A stretch of DNA of 64,000 nt from a virus. Both the position numbers and the translations under genes were made by a program. The notes below the pieces were generated by a model. It did not search any database and was not told where the DNA came from. It saw only the letters and a list, made by a program, of their open reading frames with translations. The stretch lies in IMG/VR virus record IMGVR_UViG_3300025009_000068, positions 25,433 through 89,432 of that record. One strand, given 5' to 3'. Below, one piece after another: positions 10,177 through 20,918 of the stretch (position 1 is its first letter; each line of letters opens with the position of its first letter).

Positions 10177-13100
10177 TTACGGCAACCTGAATCCCAACGT
10201 CACGGCTCCACCTTCTGTCCCGGTCCCCGCTTCGGTTACGCATGACGCCGTGATCGTGTCTCCGGTCGCAACGGTTGCGGCCCCGGCCACGGCAGAGATC
10301 ACAGCGGGCGTGGTGGCATCCTTGCTGTCGTATTCCGTAGCGTCAATGGTAAGATTGGTGGAAAGCATTTGTACCGCTGCATCTCTTGTGGCTGCCGCTG
10401 AAAGTCTGAATTTCTCAACCTTGAAAGTCGGGTTGTTCGCGCTGGAGACCGTCCCGACTTGAACCGCAGCGGACACCAGAACCATCCCGTTCATCTCGGC
10501 AGGAACTCGGAACATCCCGCTCGTATCGGCAATGACCAGTGCGGCATCGTCGGCGGTCACGAGAAGGTGAACCATGCGCGTCCCGATGTTGCTGCCAGCC
10601 AGGGCGTCGGGGGTTACGGCTGTCGTCGTGCTGGTTCCTGTGTTGACGTCATTCACGCTTGCTGCGGTCAACCACGCCGGGACATCAAACGTAGGAGCGG
10701 CGGCGGCCCCGTTGCTACGGAGATATGTCCCGTCAGCACCAAGAGCCAATTCCGTCGTGTCTCCGCTACCGTTGGAATAGAACACTCGCCAAGCGGTTTG
10801 ATTGTCGAAGTCCGTAAGGTTAGAAACCAGCGGAACACCCATGAATCGAATCCCACCGGCCCCCGTTGCCGCTTGCATGAATTCAAGGGCGAGATACTGA
10901 CTCGCCGCAATACTCGACGGAGCCCCGGCCCTATATGCCGTTCCGTAGGTGATGCTGCGCGGAGTCGCATCAGCATACAGAACTACAATAAACCTGGTTC
11001 CCACTAGCCCGTTCGTTGGGTTGGATAGTTCTATGTCCCCAGTCAATTCTCCTACCTGGACCACACCGCCGAGAGAAAGATCAATCGACCGAGGCGTTGC
11101 ATAGGCCAAGGACTGAGAAGTGTTGTCCTCGCCCTCGAGCACGAAAACGGGAGCATGATAGGCGACTGCTCCCGCAGTGATATTGGCATCAAGGGCCGGG
11201 TACACCGAACAAGCCAGCGTGTCATAGTTGCACGTCCCAATGGTAGCCGTATGCGTCGAGGCATCGTCCATCGTGAGATCCACGACCATGCCTGGAAATG
11301 CGTCCGTAGCCGAACTGAGTACCAGCGATGTGGCTCCATTTGTTCCGGTAGCCGTAGTTAAGCTCGTATTGAGTGTTCCGAGCGTCCCAGACTCTTTCAC
11401 GGTCCAGTAAAACGCAGGATTGACGGTCCACATCACCCTAGTTCCCTGCTTCCACGTACCATAAGCCGTGTTGGGCGCGTTGGCCGCCGACTTCCAGGAC
11501 TGACCGTTGTAGCGGACAGCGTGATTCATGCCCACCGTCAAATGAGCCGTGGGAGCTATCCCTAGATGCCATGCGTTTGAGTCGTCGTACTCTATTCCTT
11601 GAATGTATTTAGGGCTACTGGTACTTAATACGCGGAAAGAGTAGTCCGGATTCGGGGCGAGTCCTGACGCCGGGTAACTATTGGTCCACGCATTTCCTGT
11701 GAGAGTTAGTCCTTTTACTCCATCGCGAACCTCAACCCCCAGGGCATTCCAAAACTTTACACCAGAGATCACTATCCCGGTAGACCAGTCCCGGATATCA
11801 GCCAAGTCACCATCAGGATCACCTCTGACCAAGATGGAACGAGCACCACTGAACGTCTCGATGTCTCCGCCGCTGATTGTCACTCCGGATGATGCCGTGA
11901 TGATGAATCCTGGGGAAGCTCCGCCCGCTTCGACATTGGCCCCAAGAAAACTCACACCCTTTGACTTGTAGAGCGACCATCCCCATCCATCGAGTGGAGT
12001 AGCCGTGTAGTAACAGCCATAGGCGCCAGAGTCTGAAATGACCCAGTTGTTACTATTGTTTCCGAGCGTGAATCCACGCTTACAGTACACGGCCTTGCAG
12101 TTGATAACCTGATTGAAGATTGAACTGTAAACGTTGGGAGCAACAACATTCGCGTCAAGATTCATACCTTCGGTGAATTCCCTGAAATACAGATTCTCAA
12201 ACTTGCTGTTGATGCAATGCTTCAACTGAATGGCTGTCGCCGGATGCCAAGATACCCCGGCAGAATATGCAATGGTGTTCTTGAATTGGAAGTTCCTGAA
12301 CTCGTAACTTCGGCCAAGGTTACCGGTATCGTCGTCCTTGAAAAGGTATGTAGCCGAATCATTATACAGCGTGATGTATGTAGTCCTCCACGCCTCGCCT
12401 TCAAAGATTATGGTCCTGTACCCTCCGCTCAAGCTGGCGTCGGTCAAATCGAATCCATCATCAACCACATAATTTCCGGCCTTGAACTTGACCTTCGATG
12501 CACCTATGAAATAAGCTCCTGTAGTATTTGACAGTGCCTTGTACGCACAAAAAATGGCGTTTTGGTTAGCGGCCGCATAGGTATAGGTCGTAGTGTCGTA
12601 TGTTACTATAGCTCCCCACCACTCAGGGCGAACTTCCAAGGCAGATGGCATCAAAACTTCGCCGGGCAGGCTGCTGAACATCTGCCCGCCATTGTCTTCA
12701 ATTACGGAGCCCGCCGCGAAGGTGAGAGTATTTGCTGCCGATGTGGTGAGTATTGCGCCGGGAAGAACAGTGAACGTCATCCCAGAAGGGATAACCACCG
12801 GACCACCAAGCGTCTCAGCTTCGCTCTGCACCAACTTCACATTCGGCGAAAGCCCCAGCGCATCCACGGCTTCCACCAAGGAAACAAACCATCCCGAGTA
12901 CACGGTGGAGCCATCAGGAAAGGAAACTTCACTCCCTGTAGCGAATCGCTGCTGGTTCGGTGGATGTTCTCCGTCGTTATGGATGGTGAGCAAGAGCCCA
13001 TTCGTATCTATGACAGCACCGGGGGCTTGCGAGAAAACCTTCGTTACGGGGATCTCCATGCTGTCGGTAAGAGTGAAACTCTTCCCAGTCAATATTCCGT

Positions 13101-13287
13101 AGTTGGCATCCGTGGTTGCCGCAGTCAGCTCACCTAACGTTCGAACAATGGTGGTGTTCGGAGTTATCCTGCCAGGGCCGGCCGTCGTGGATGTCTGAGC
13201 AAGACAGAAAGAAGGCAACAGAAATGCGGCCACCAGAACAAAGGAAAGGATTCTTGGAGTTGAGCTTTTCATTTTCATCGTCATCAT
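10177..13287 (-). CDS. Tailspike/receptor-binding protein with a pectate-lyase-like beta-helix
   Basis: VRPEWWGA, VKFKAGNY and IIFEGE motifs followed by Asn-rich beta-helix rungs; hydrophobic N-terminal signal-like segment. Confidence 0.65.
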   Translation of the reverse strand: MMTMKMKSSTPRILSFVLVAAFLLPSFCLAQTSTTAGPGRITPNTTIVRTLGELTAATTDANYGILTGKSFTLTDSMEIPVTKVFSQAPGAVIDTNGLLLTIHNDGEHPPNQQRFATGSEVSFPDGSTVYSGWFVSLVEAVDALGLSPNVKLVQSEAETLGGPVVIPSGMTFTVLPGAILTTSAANTLTFAAGSVIEDNGGQMFSSLPGEVLMPSALEVRPEWWGAIVTYDTTTYTYAAANQNAIFCAYKALSNTTGAYFIGASKVKFKAGNYVVDDGFDLTDASLSGGYRTIIFEGEAWRTTYITLYNDSATYLFKDDDTGNLGRSYEFRNFQFKNTIAYSAGVSWHPATAIQLKHCINSKFENLYFREFTEGMNLDANVVAPNVYSSIFNQVINCKAVYCKRGFTLGNNSNNWVISDSGAYGCYYTATPLDGWGWSLYKSKGVSFLGANVEAGGASPGFIITASSGVTISGGDIETFSGARSILVRGDPDGDLADIRDWSTGIVISGVKFWNALGVEVRDGVKGLTLTGNAWTNSYPASGLAPNPDYSFRVLSTSSPKYIQGIEYDDSNAWHLGIAPTAHLTVGMNHAVRYNGQSWKSAANAPNTAYGTWKQGTRVMWTVNPAFYWTVKESGTLGTLNTSLTTATGTNGATSLVLSSATDAFPGMVVDLTMDDASTHTATIGTCNYDTLACSVYPALDANITAGAVAYHAPVFVLEGEDNTSQSLAYATPRSIDLSLGGVVQVGELTGDIELSNPTNGLVGTRFIVVLYADATPRSITYGTAYRAGAPSSIAASQYLALEFMQAATGAGGIRFMGVPLVSNLTDFDNQTAWRVFYSNGSGDTTELALGADGTYLRSNGAAAAPTFDVPAWLTAASVNDVNTGTSTTTAVTPDALAGSNIGTRMVHLLVTADDAALVIADTSGMFRVPAEMNGMVLVSAAVQVGTVSSANNPTFKVEKFRLSAAATRDAAVQMLSTNLTIDATEYDSKDATTPAVISAVAGAATVATGDTITASCVTEAGTGTEGGAVTLGFRLP

Positions 13288-13363
13288 TGCACCTATCTCT
13301 GTTTTCATTCCCGTCATCACACCGCTGGCCTTTCTCTACACCACTAGCCCCACACCACTGGTC

Positions 13364-14044
13364 CTACGCCGCCGGCCTCCGCACTCGAGGATTCGCCCAG
13401 CTATCAGCCTGCATCTTGACACCAAGCACCTGATACAGATGCTGCAAATGAAACGCCGCCCTTGCCTGATTCGCGGCGCTGTCTATATCCATGGAGAATG
13501 CCATCCAAAGAATGGCTTCGTTCAGCGCGGTCTGGTAAATATCCGGAATCCCGATCTCGCTCGTCTCTCCAGTGCAATCAACCGGGGCCGCGGCAACTAC
13601 GATCTCGGCATAGGCGGGGGTCGCGGCGTGAACCGGAGGCGTCACATAAAAATGCCTTGGAAACCTTTCGTCAAAGACATACTCCCGAATCACGGTAGAA
13701 GCGGCCTCGGTGTGCCAGCTCAAAGCGTAGCTGTACCTGTCGAGCGTCGCCTTGTCGGTCTTTATGATGGGACGTCCTGGTGTCAAGCCGTCGCTCCCCA
13801 TGTTCCTGATCACTTCGATGAGTCGAACGTCCCCAGTGGGGATGACCTGCTTGGTTCCGGGGGCACATTGCATGCTCTTGGGTGTTGCCGTGGCGTCGGG
13901 GCGCAGAGATACTATGAAGCGCTGGGATTCATTCAGATACCGCAAGAGCATAGGTTGGGTATAACGAACTCGATCTGTCTCTTCCTGAAGCTCGTCAACA
14001 ATCCTGGACTCCTGGGATATGAAATCGTATGCGGTCAGCGCCAC
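13364..14044 (-). CDS. Head-closure/adaptor protein (DUF6682-like)
   Basis: LQEETDRVRYTQPMLLRYLNESQRFIVSLRPDA motif; GTG start with AAGGAG RBS. Confidence 0.65.
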   Translation of the reverse strand: MALTAYDFISQESRIVDELQEETDRVRYTQPMLLRYLNESQRFIVSLRPDATATPKSMQCAPGTKQVIPTGDVRLIEVIRNMGSDGLTPGRPIIKTDKATLDRYSYALSWHTEAASTVIREYVFDERFPRHFYVTPPVHAATPAYAEIVVAAAPVDCTGETSEIGIPDIYQTALNEAILWMAFSMDIDSAANQARAAFHLQHLYQVLGVKMQADSWANPRVRRPAA

Positions 14045-14092
14045 GGCAATGCTCCTTTGAAGGGTGGAGGGAATACTAAATTGAGATGCTCT

Positions 14093-14764
14093 TTATTCCT
14101 GCGGGTCAACGGGGCCGTCAAGCTCGATGGTTTCCATGGGACCTGCGGCCTCCATAAGAACAAGCTCCTTGAAAATCACATCCATGGTCGTGCTCGGGGG
14201 AAACTTCACGTTGAAATTCTCCCGGCCGTACTCGCGGAGCTTTGACATATCGCCTTCGATGGTTTTCAGGTATTCCATGCCTCGTTTGGAAGAGGTGACT
14301 TGCTCCGCGAAATCTACATCATCCAGTGCCTGTTGCTCCAAAAGAAAATCACCCTTGGCAAGCATCACTGGAGGTGATTGTTCATCAGTCTCCACGATGA
14401 CCCCGGAAGAAAGGAGCCCGCCCTTCGAGGATAAAGGAGGTATTGCCTCGGGAGGCCCGAGTGCCCCGGCCGGCAAGAGGTCCGCGAAGGGGGGAGACAT
14501 TTCAACAGGCGGGGCAGGATCTGCGGACTGAGTGACCGGCTGAGTGAGCCCAACCCCGACGGCCGCGGCATTTCTCTTCCTGGCCCTGTCCAGCCGGATC
14601 CGCTCATTTGCTGCATTCGCCTCTTCCTGGGTTCCCCAAAACGGAACCATGTCGGTTCGGTATTGTTCGAGCTCCGCGGTGTACGGGAAAACTCTCCCGG
14701 TGGTTTTTTGCTGCAAAAAGAGTGGCTTGTTTCTCGGCTTCGGCTTCATGGGTTTCGACTTCAT
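14093..14764 (-). CDS. Hypothetical protein
   Basis: 223-aa ORF in the head module. Confidence 0.5.
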   Translation of the reverse strand: MKSKPMKPKPRNKPLFLQQKTTGRVFPYTAELEQYRTDMVPFWGTQEEANAANERIRLDRARKRNAAAVGVGLTQPVTQSADPAPPVEMSPPFADLLPAGALGPPEAIPPLSSKGGLLSSGVIVETDEQSPPVMLAKGDFLLEQQALDDVDFAEQVTSSKRGMEYLKTIEGDMSKLREYGRENFNVKFPPSTTMDVIFKELVLMEAAGPMETIELDGPVDPQE

Positions 14765-14937
14765 GGTTGTGCTGTCCTGCCTTTCTCCCGCATTTTACGC
14801 TTCGATGTGGGGTGGTAGAAATGGTAGTGATGACGGTGAATGTGATGAATGCCTGGAAGAAAAGTGGCCACGTTTAGGTGGGGCCTGCCATCTCCCCTTC
14901 CAGGCCAATGCTTCGTCATGTCCTGAAATGCTGAATC

Positions 14938-15432
14938 TTAATCGCCTTCCTCGTCGTAATACTTGGTGATGTCAATCCAGATATCCACGACTGCCGTATT
15001 GTACGTGAGGTTGTCGGGACAGGTGATGGCCATATAGGCTTCGGCGGCATAAAACTTCCCGCCTGCCGCTCCGTAGGCTTCCGTATTTCCGCCCGTACCA
15101 CCACCAGTTCCGGCCACGCCATTGATGGAGACGGCTTTCAGCCAGCCATCAGCATCTACGGCTGAGCCCACGAGGTCGGAATAGTCTCCAATGTGAATGG
15201 TGGACGCTTCTCCTTCCGGGGTCACCACGACGAGGTTTGCGCTATGAACCCGGCTCTTGGCCTGGATGGTCATGAAAACGACAACATCATTTTGCACCGG
15301 GGCCGTAACGAGGTCCGCAAAGCTGAATCTCTTGTACGCCACCGAGCGCAAGGAATTGCCGTAGGCCGGGACACTAAAGGAAGTGCCTCCAAGCCCATTC
15401 AAGGCGGTTGCTCTTACATCGTAATTGGACAT
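14938..15432 (-). CDS. Capsid decoration/cement protein
   Basis: 164-aa beta-rich protein directly after the major capsid gene; strong AAGGAGGT RBS. Confidence 0.55.
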   Translation of the reverse strand: MSNYDVRATALNGLGGTSFSVPAYGNSLRSVAYKRFSFADLVTAPVQNDVVVFMTIQAKSRVHSANLVVVTPEGEASTIHIGDYSDLVGSAVDADGWLKAVSINGVAGTGGGTGGNTEAYGAAGGKFYAAEAYMAITCPDNLTYNTAVVDIWIDITKYYDEEGD

Positions 15433-15569
15433 GATTGATATACCTCCTTAAAGGTAGTTGGATGGTAGGATGGTGAAAATGATGAAAAATGAAGTATGCC
15501 TTGAATGGGAGGGGCACGGGTTGCTGCCTCCTCTCCTTCAAGGCATACTGTTCTCGATCCTGCGATCTC

Positions 15570-16505
15570 CTACGTCAACACCGCATTGGCGTACAGGAGC
15601 GAAATGGCCTCGGGCCGCACCACCTCGAAGCCGTACACGGCGTAACCGCGCATGAGCTTGCCGAATGTGGTGGGGCTGGGGATGGCCTCTGACTTCTCCA
15701 CCTGCATGGCGAAGGTGAGTCCCATCTTGTGGCCGGCCATGATGTAGTAGGCCGTGACACCGGAGCCGTCCGCGACGTAGGGGACGTTGTTGGTTTTGAA
15801 AAGAGAAAAGCGATCTATCTTGCCCACGCGGCCGCCGTTTCGGAGGGTGGACATGGAGTCGCCGGTAAGGGAAGCGTCCTTTATGTCCGATCGCTTCAGC
15901 ATGTTCTCGAAAATGGGCGGAAGAAGGACCCACCACCCGCCGTCATCCGGGATGTTCTGCTCATCGAGGACCGTTCCCATGTGGATGATGTGGTCCAGGA
16001 TGTTGGTCTTGTCGATGGCGATGGGCGCCCCGCTGGTACCCAGGTTGAACGCTCCACTCTTTACGCCGGCCGTCGTGCCCTGGTTGTCCGCGTGGATGTC
16101 GGCATACATGGCACCGAACACCTGAGTTTCAATCGCCCGCTTCTTGTTTTCGACCGCCACCACCGACCAGCGGTCGATGATGTTGATGTCGCTCTGGGCC
16201 TTGTCGAAATCGTGGACCAAGAAGTTCCAGCCCTTGGCCCGGTCGATGGTCAGGGTTTCCGTGTCGGTATCCGGCTTCTGAACGGGGAGCTCGGCGCCGG
16301 GCACGGTGTCGAAGATGTTGATGTCGGGGTCTTTCCTGATGATGACCTGGCTGCCAAAGCCGGTGATCTCGCCTTGATAATCTGTGTTCGAGATAAAGGG
16401 AAGACAAAGTGCATCATACAGTCTGACCAGCACTTTTTGACTGAACAGGTAGGGGATGAAAGTCCCCTGGTAATTGGGATGTCCCGCTGCGGGAATGAAA
16501 GCCAT
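15570..16505 (-). CDS. Major capsid protein (HK97 fold, P22-coat-like)
   Basis: FIPYLFSQKVL..NTDYQGEI..G; LDEQNIPDDG; GKLMRGYAVYGFEVVRPEA; strongly GC3-biased codons; follows the scaffold gene. Confidence 0.85.
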   Translation of the reverse strand: MAFIPAAGHPNYQGTFIPYLFSQKVLVRLYDALCLPFISNTDYQGEITGFGSQVIIRKDPDINIFDTVPGAELPVQKPDTDTETLTIDRAKGWNFLVHDFDKAQSDINIIDRWSVVAVENKKRAIETQVFGAMYADIHADNQGTTAGVKSGAFNLGTSGAPIAIDKTNILDHIIHMGTVLDEQNIPDDGGWWVLLPPIFENMLKRSDIKDASLTGDSMSTLRNGGRVGKIDRFSLFKTNNVPYVADGSGVTAYYIMAGHKMGLTFAMQVEKSEAIPSPTTFGKLMRGYAVYGFEVVRPEAISLLYANAVLT

Positions 16506-16663
16506 GAGAATATCTCCTTCTTGGGAAATGCGAAGCGTGCCATGCATGCTCTGCGGGAATGCTTTGCATGCTGGCGCGCTTGGATTATATGGAAGGACAG
16601 CGGCTCATCCTCTCGGGTTTATGAATTAGGTTGGCCTTGAAGGTGAGTGTGGTGAAACTGAAT

Positions 16664-18373
16664 CTACACCCCCTGCACGAACCGAGCTTCTCCCGACTGC
16701 AAGCGCATGTCCGGGAGTTGCCCTTTAACCCTTCCTTCGAGGACGGCGATGTCCATGTCTCTTTTGATGGCCGCCCAGGTTGGATCTCTCAGCAATGCTG
16801 GATTCTTGGTCATCTTGGTGCTGTGGTCATTAATTTCCTGAATTGTGTACTCCCATTTCACGGGAGGGGCCTGCGGGGGGTTCCCGGCCATTGGCGACGG
16901 TTCAACCATGTACTCCAGGGGGTTATGGGGCTGACCCTGCTGATAATTTTGGCCTTGCTGCTGCCCGTGATTCCCTTGCTGGAACTGCTGTCCCTGCTGG
17001 ACCTGCTGGTTGACCTGGGGCCCTATGTAGATGGGCTGCCCAAATTCATCGAACTGCATGAATGTCTGCTGTTGAGACTGAGGATTCCCTTGCTGACCCT
17101 GCTGCACGATCTGCTGCTGCTGACCACTGTTTCCTTGTTGACCTTGCTGGACCTGCTGCTGGTTCTGCTGGCCCTGCTGCTGACCCTGCCCTTGCTGCCA
17201 TGATCCATCGGGCGGCTGTTGATTGTTGTGGGGCTGCTGGCTTCCAGGATTCTGCACATTTCCTTGCTGCTGCCCATTCTGCCGCTGCCCCTGGTTTGAT
17301 AAAAAGTCCGACCTGAAGGCGTTGTAGCACTCCGCGACGGCCACGGCGTCACCAGCCCCCCATGCCTCTTCGGCATCCTGCCGGTATGTTCTGACCGACA
17401 TGGGTTTCCGTTGATCCAGCCAGTTGTGAAAATCGGGCATGTTGTCGATCTGCTGCCATTCGGGACAAATCCTTCCAAGCTCGGCATGAAAAGCTCGCTG
17501 GGCATTGCCGGCACGCTCGGCGTTGACCTGCTCCACATTGGTCACAACCTTTCGCATTCCCTCGGTTGTCGCCGCGAGTTGCTGTTGCAGGTTCGCTATG
17601 ACACCTTCCTGGGACTGCATGTGCTGAACCATCTGCGGCATGATCCTGATCATGGGGGCGAGATCATCCGGGTAAGTGGCCGCGAGAGTTTCGAAGTCCA
17701 CTCCGGATAGGTCTATCGGGAATCCCCCGTTTGCACCGGATGCGCCTTGCTGTGTTGCCTGCCCTGCCTTGCCTTGCTGGCCTTGCTGGTTGAATTGTCC
17801 CTGCTGGCCCTGACTTCCTTGCCCTGTCTGGCTGGCCTGCACTGCTCCGCCTTGCCCTGCCTGCATCGCCTGTTCAAGCTGCACCATACGCTGCTCGAGT
17901 GTAGAAGCCTTGGCCTCGAAGGTGGAAGCCCTCTGCTCGGTCTCGCGGAGCTGGTGTTGCAGCCGCGGGACCTCTGCGTTGTACTTTCCCTGGAGGACCT
18001 GGAACTTCTGCTCTGCCGTGCGGTACATGCTTTCCCATTTCCGGTCTTCAGTCGTGATCTGCTGCTGTGTCTGCTGCTGCGGAGCAAGCTGACCCGGTTG
18101 AGGCTGATCCTGCTGAGCCTGGAAGGGAAGGGACTGTTGCTGTTGGGGCTGCTGTGCGGGCTGGCCTGGCTGCTGCTGCCCTTGCTGACCGGGTTGCGCT
18201 GGTTGTGGCGCCGTGGCACCGCCGCCTTCTCCGCCTTGAGCGCCCATGGGAGCCGTGTTCGCCTGGCCCGGGGGCGATCCCTCGCCGGGCGTCTGCTGCG
18301 GTATTCCCAAAGCGTGTTCAATGGCATCGATTTGCTGCTGTGCCTGTTTCACTACGTCGTTCAAGCCGGACAT
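16664..18373 (-). CDS. Capsid scaffolding protein, Gln-rich
   Basis: QKFQVLQGKYNAEVPRL coiled coil, PEWQQID..FHNWL and DIAVLEGRV motifs; immediately upstream of the capsid gene. Confidence 0.7.
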   Translation of the reverse strand: MSGLNDVVKQAQQQIDAIEHALGIPQQTPGEGSPPGQANTAPMGAQGGEGGGATAPQPAQPGQQGQQQPGQPAQQPQQQQSLPFQAQQDQPQPGQLAPQQQTQQQITTEDRKWESMYRTAEQKFQVLQGKYNAEVPRLQHQLRETEQRASTFEAKASTLEQRMVQLEQAMQAGQGGAVQASQTGQGSQGQQGQFNQQGQQGKAGQATQQGASGANGGFPIDLSGVDFETLAATYPDDLAPMIRIMPQMVQHMQSQEGVIANLQQQLAATTEGMRKVVTNVEQVNAERAGNAQRAFHAELGRICPEWQQIDNMPDFHNWLDQRKPMSVRTYRQDAEEAWGAGDAVAVAECYNAFRSDFLSNQGQRQNGQQQGNVQNPGSQQPHNNQQPPDGSWQQGQGQQQGQQNQQQVQQGQQGNSGQQQQIVQQGQQGNPQSQQQTFMQFDEFGQPIYIGPQVNQQVQQGQQFQQGNHGQQQGQNYQQGQPHNPLEYMVEPSPMAGNPPQAPPVKWEYTIQEINDHSTKMTKNPALLRDPTWAAIKRDMDIAVLEGRVKGQLPDMRLQSGEARFVQGV

Positions 18374-18730
18374 ACTTTCTCCTTTTGAGAGCCTTGAAGG
18401 GTGGGGCGGGGAGCAAGGCCGCGCGCTAAGGGTGTTCACCGTGGCGTGGATGATCCACAACCAACATGGCGAGCCCGGAACCGCGAGCCTGTCCCACTCC
18501 CTCCCTTCGAGGTATTCTCTGGTTGTGCCTGGCGGAGCCGAGAAGGGATGGATCTAAGCCACTTCCTCCACGGTGTTCCGCTCAAGGCAATGCGTTGAGG
18601 TGTGTGGTGGTTGATGTGAATGATGGTGCTGATTGTAATGTGATGGTTGATGATTATTTGGAGCCTAGACAGCGCCGATAGTCGCCACCGACGTGTTGCC
18701 ACGGCTCCCGTGGATGGAAGTGAAGATATG

Positions 18731-18806
18731 AAAAAAAGTAGATCGCGCGGCCAGGCCCATGCGGGAGTATGGGCTCTTCGGGGATCTCTCCCTAGACCGC
18801 GCGATC
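18731..18806 (-). terminator. Branched stem-loop followed by a U-tract (terminator or structured RNA)
   Basis: Outer stem 18741-18750/18797-18806; inner GGGA-GAGA-UCCC and GCCCAU/AUGGGC hairpins; U7 tract. Confidence 0.55.
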
Positions 18807-18848
18807 ATTGTATTATCAGTACGCAATCAGCGCAAGGCCAACCTTTGC

Positions 18849-20507
18849 TTAATTATCCCCTAAATTTATCCAAGTAACCGTGATGGTCCCATTGGCGGTC
18901 AAAGAGTCTGCCGCACCGGTCGTGATGTCGGCATCATCCACTTCCACGTTTAGATACAGATCGATGGCCGTTGTGTGACCGTCGTGATAAACCTGCTCGG
19001 TGACGGTGCTTTGGAAATCAGCGGCAGCAACACTTGCTACCGCCTGAGTGGTTGCCACCGTGGGGACCCAGTCGTCTTCCGTGGTCGGATTATGCAGGGT
19101 AGGGGTAGCCTCTGCTGCCGTAGTGCCGAGCGAGATATCGCCGTCAAAAGCAGCGTCTATCGTTCCTGACGCCTCGGTCAGAGTGAGGTCGGCCACGACA
19201 CCCATGGCGAGCAATCTGCCCTCGGGGAAGTCGTAGATTTTCAGCCCGCCGTAAGCAGCGGCCCCGCCCGGATCGGTGATTGCAATGGTTGCATTGGTCA
19301 ACGTGAAGACGGTTTGGCATATCGCCCCAACACATCTTTCCGCAGCCACGACACCGGCACCGGCTCCAGCTTCTACGCCGGGTGTACCAGCTATAATCAC
19401 ATCATCAAGAGCTGAACCGATGGTGATGGTGTCCTTTACCGAATTGTCCGTTCCGATGTTGTAAGTGGCTCCCAAGGTTCCGTTTACAGCAAAGATGCCC
19501 CCTGCGCTCTCCATGGATACCGTAAGATCGTCGGCAACCGCGAAGTCCATATCATCGGCTGTATCGAGGGTAATGTCCTCGCCTTCGATATCCACATCAT
19601 CCAGGGCCGAACCTATGTCTATATCGTCAGCAACCGAATTGTCCGTTCCTATGCTATAAACTGCCCCAAGGGTCCCGTCGAACGAAGCGATACCGCCTGC
19701 GGTCTCCATTCGGACAGTGTAATCATCGGCTACGTTGAATTCCAGGTCGTCCGCTGAGTCCAAGATCAGGTCATTACCGTAGATGGTGGTGGCATCCTTT
19801 GCCGAGCCTATATTAATGGTGTCCGCCGTGGTGTCGTCGGTGCCGATATTGATGGTAAAACCGGACGTACCGGTAACAGCAAAAATGCCTCCGGCTGATT
19901 CCATGGTAAAGGTCCAGTCATCGGCTACCGTTGCATTGCCATCATCGGCTGTATCGAGGGTAATGTCCTCTCCTTCAATGTCAACGTCATCCTTTGCAGA
20001 CCCGATATCGATGTTGTCGGCCGTGGTGTCATCCTCTGCAATGGAGTAAACCAGCCCGGCCGTGCCATCAATGTCGATCAACCCAGATGCCGTAGTGCTG
20101 GTGATCTGAATGTTGTCCACGGAGCTTACGATGATGTCGCCGCCATTGGTTAGCGTCTCCACCTTTACGGAATCGGCCCCTGACCCTTCGCTTGAAATGA
20201 GAATGGAAGCGTTTTGGTTTCCGTTGAGATCGAAAATCATGTCCTCGCCGGCAGCACTGGCTGTCACCGTAAAGATCATGTCACCTGTAGTGTCCACGTC
20301 GAGACTGTCCATGGATACAATTTTCCCGCCGCGGGTAATCTCGAGCTTGTTTACGGTGAGGACTTCGTAGCGAGCCGCCTCCGCGATTGTGATCCCGAGA
20401 AAACAAATAATCCCCAGGAAGAGAGTGAGGACCTTGCCGAGGGTTTCCTTTTTGCTGCTTTTGGTGATGGTGGTGCTTTGGGTAATTCTTTTGTCAATTC
20501 TTTCCAT
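18849..20507 (-). CDS. Signal-peptide, acidic beta-repeat protein (putative head fibre/decoration)
   Basis: LFLGIICFLGITIAEA signal; about four repeats of IGTDxxxADxIxIGSAxD. Confidence 0.55.
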   Translation of the reverse strand: MERIDKRITQSTTITKSSKKETLGKVLTLFLGIICFLGITIAEAARYEVLTVNKLEITRGGKIVSMDSLDVDTTGDMIFTVTASAAGEDMIFDLNGNQNASILISSEGSGADSVKVETLTNGGDIIVSSVDNIQITSTTASGLIDIDGTAGLVYSIAEDDTTADNIDIGSAKDDVDIEGEDITLDTADDGNATVADDWTFTMESAGGIFAVTGTSGFTINIGTDDTTADTINIGSAKDATTIYGNDLILDSADDLEFNVADDYTVRMETAGGIASFDGTLGAVYSIGTDNSVADDIDIGSALDDVDIEGEDITLDTADDMDFAVADDLTVSMESAGGIFAVNGTLGATYNIGTDNSVKDTITIGSALDDVIIAGTPGVEAGAGAGVVAAERCVGAICQTVFTLTNATIAITDPGGAAAYGGLKIYDFPEGRLLAMGVVADLTLTEASGTIDAAFDGDISLGTTAAEATPTLHNPTTEDDWVPTVATTQAVASVAAADFQSTVTEQVYHDGHTTAIDLYLNVEVDDADITTGAADSLTANGTITVTWINLGDN

Positions 20508-20567
20508 TTCGTGGTTCTCCTTTTCTTTTTTTCGTTGTTATGGCTGTAGCATGGTGCATGGTGCATA

Positions 20568-20867
20568 TTATTTTCGTTGGGGTTTAACCCAAACCCCATG
20601 GGTGGTATTCCACGCCTTGCCATGGGCGTTATAGCTCATGATCCGAAACATCAAGAGCCCCTTATCGGGAGCGCCACGCCAAACGTACTCGGTCTTGGCG
20701 CTCCCCGTGTCCCGAATCTCTCCCCATGACCGGCCCCTAGTCGTTGAGATCTGGAGCTTGTAGCCGGTCGCTCCGGCTGAGGCGTCCCACTCCAACGGGA
20801 TGTCTGCCGCGAAGGAATAGGACGCAAGAATGATGGTGATAGCTATCGTAAGCAGTATTCTCCCCAT
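20568..20867 (-). CDS. Small secreted fibronectin type III-like protein
   Basis: MGRILLTIAITIILASYSFA signal; LEWDAS.GATGYKLQ..FRIMSYN FN3 pattern. Confidence 0.6.
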   Translation of the reverse strand: MGRILLTIAITIILASYSFAADIPLEWDASAGATGYKLQISTTRGRSWGEIRDTGSAKTEYVWRGAPDKGLLMFRIMSYNAHGKAWNTTHGVWVKPQRK

Positions 20868-20918
20868 CAATCCTTCTCCGCTCCAACAAAATATCAACGC
20901 ACCCACCCAACCGTCTCC

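Noticed and set aside
7500-13300. Diversity-generating retroelement (expected in some BPP-1-like phages)
   Set aside because: No reverse transcriptase ORF and no TR/VR pair differing at adenines was seen.
18436-18702. His/Ile-rich 88-aa ORF as a leader peptide
   Set aside because: It has no convincing start or RBS, and its composition is explained by the CA-rich tract.
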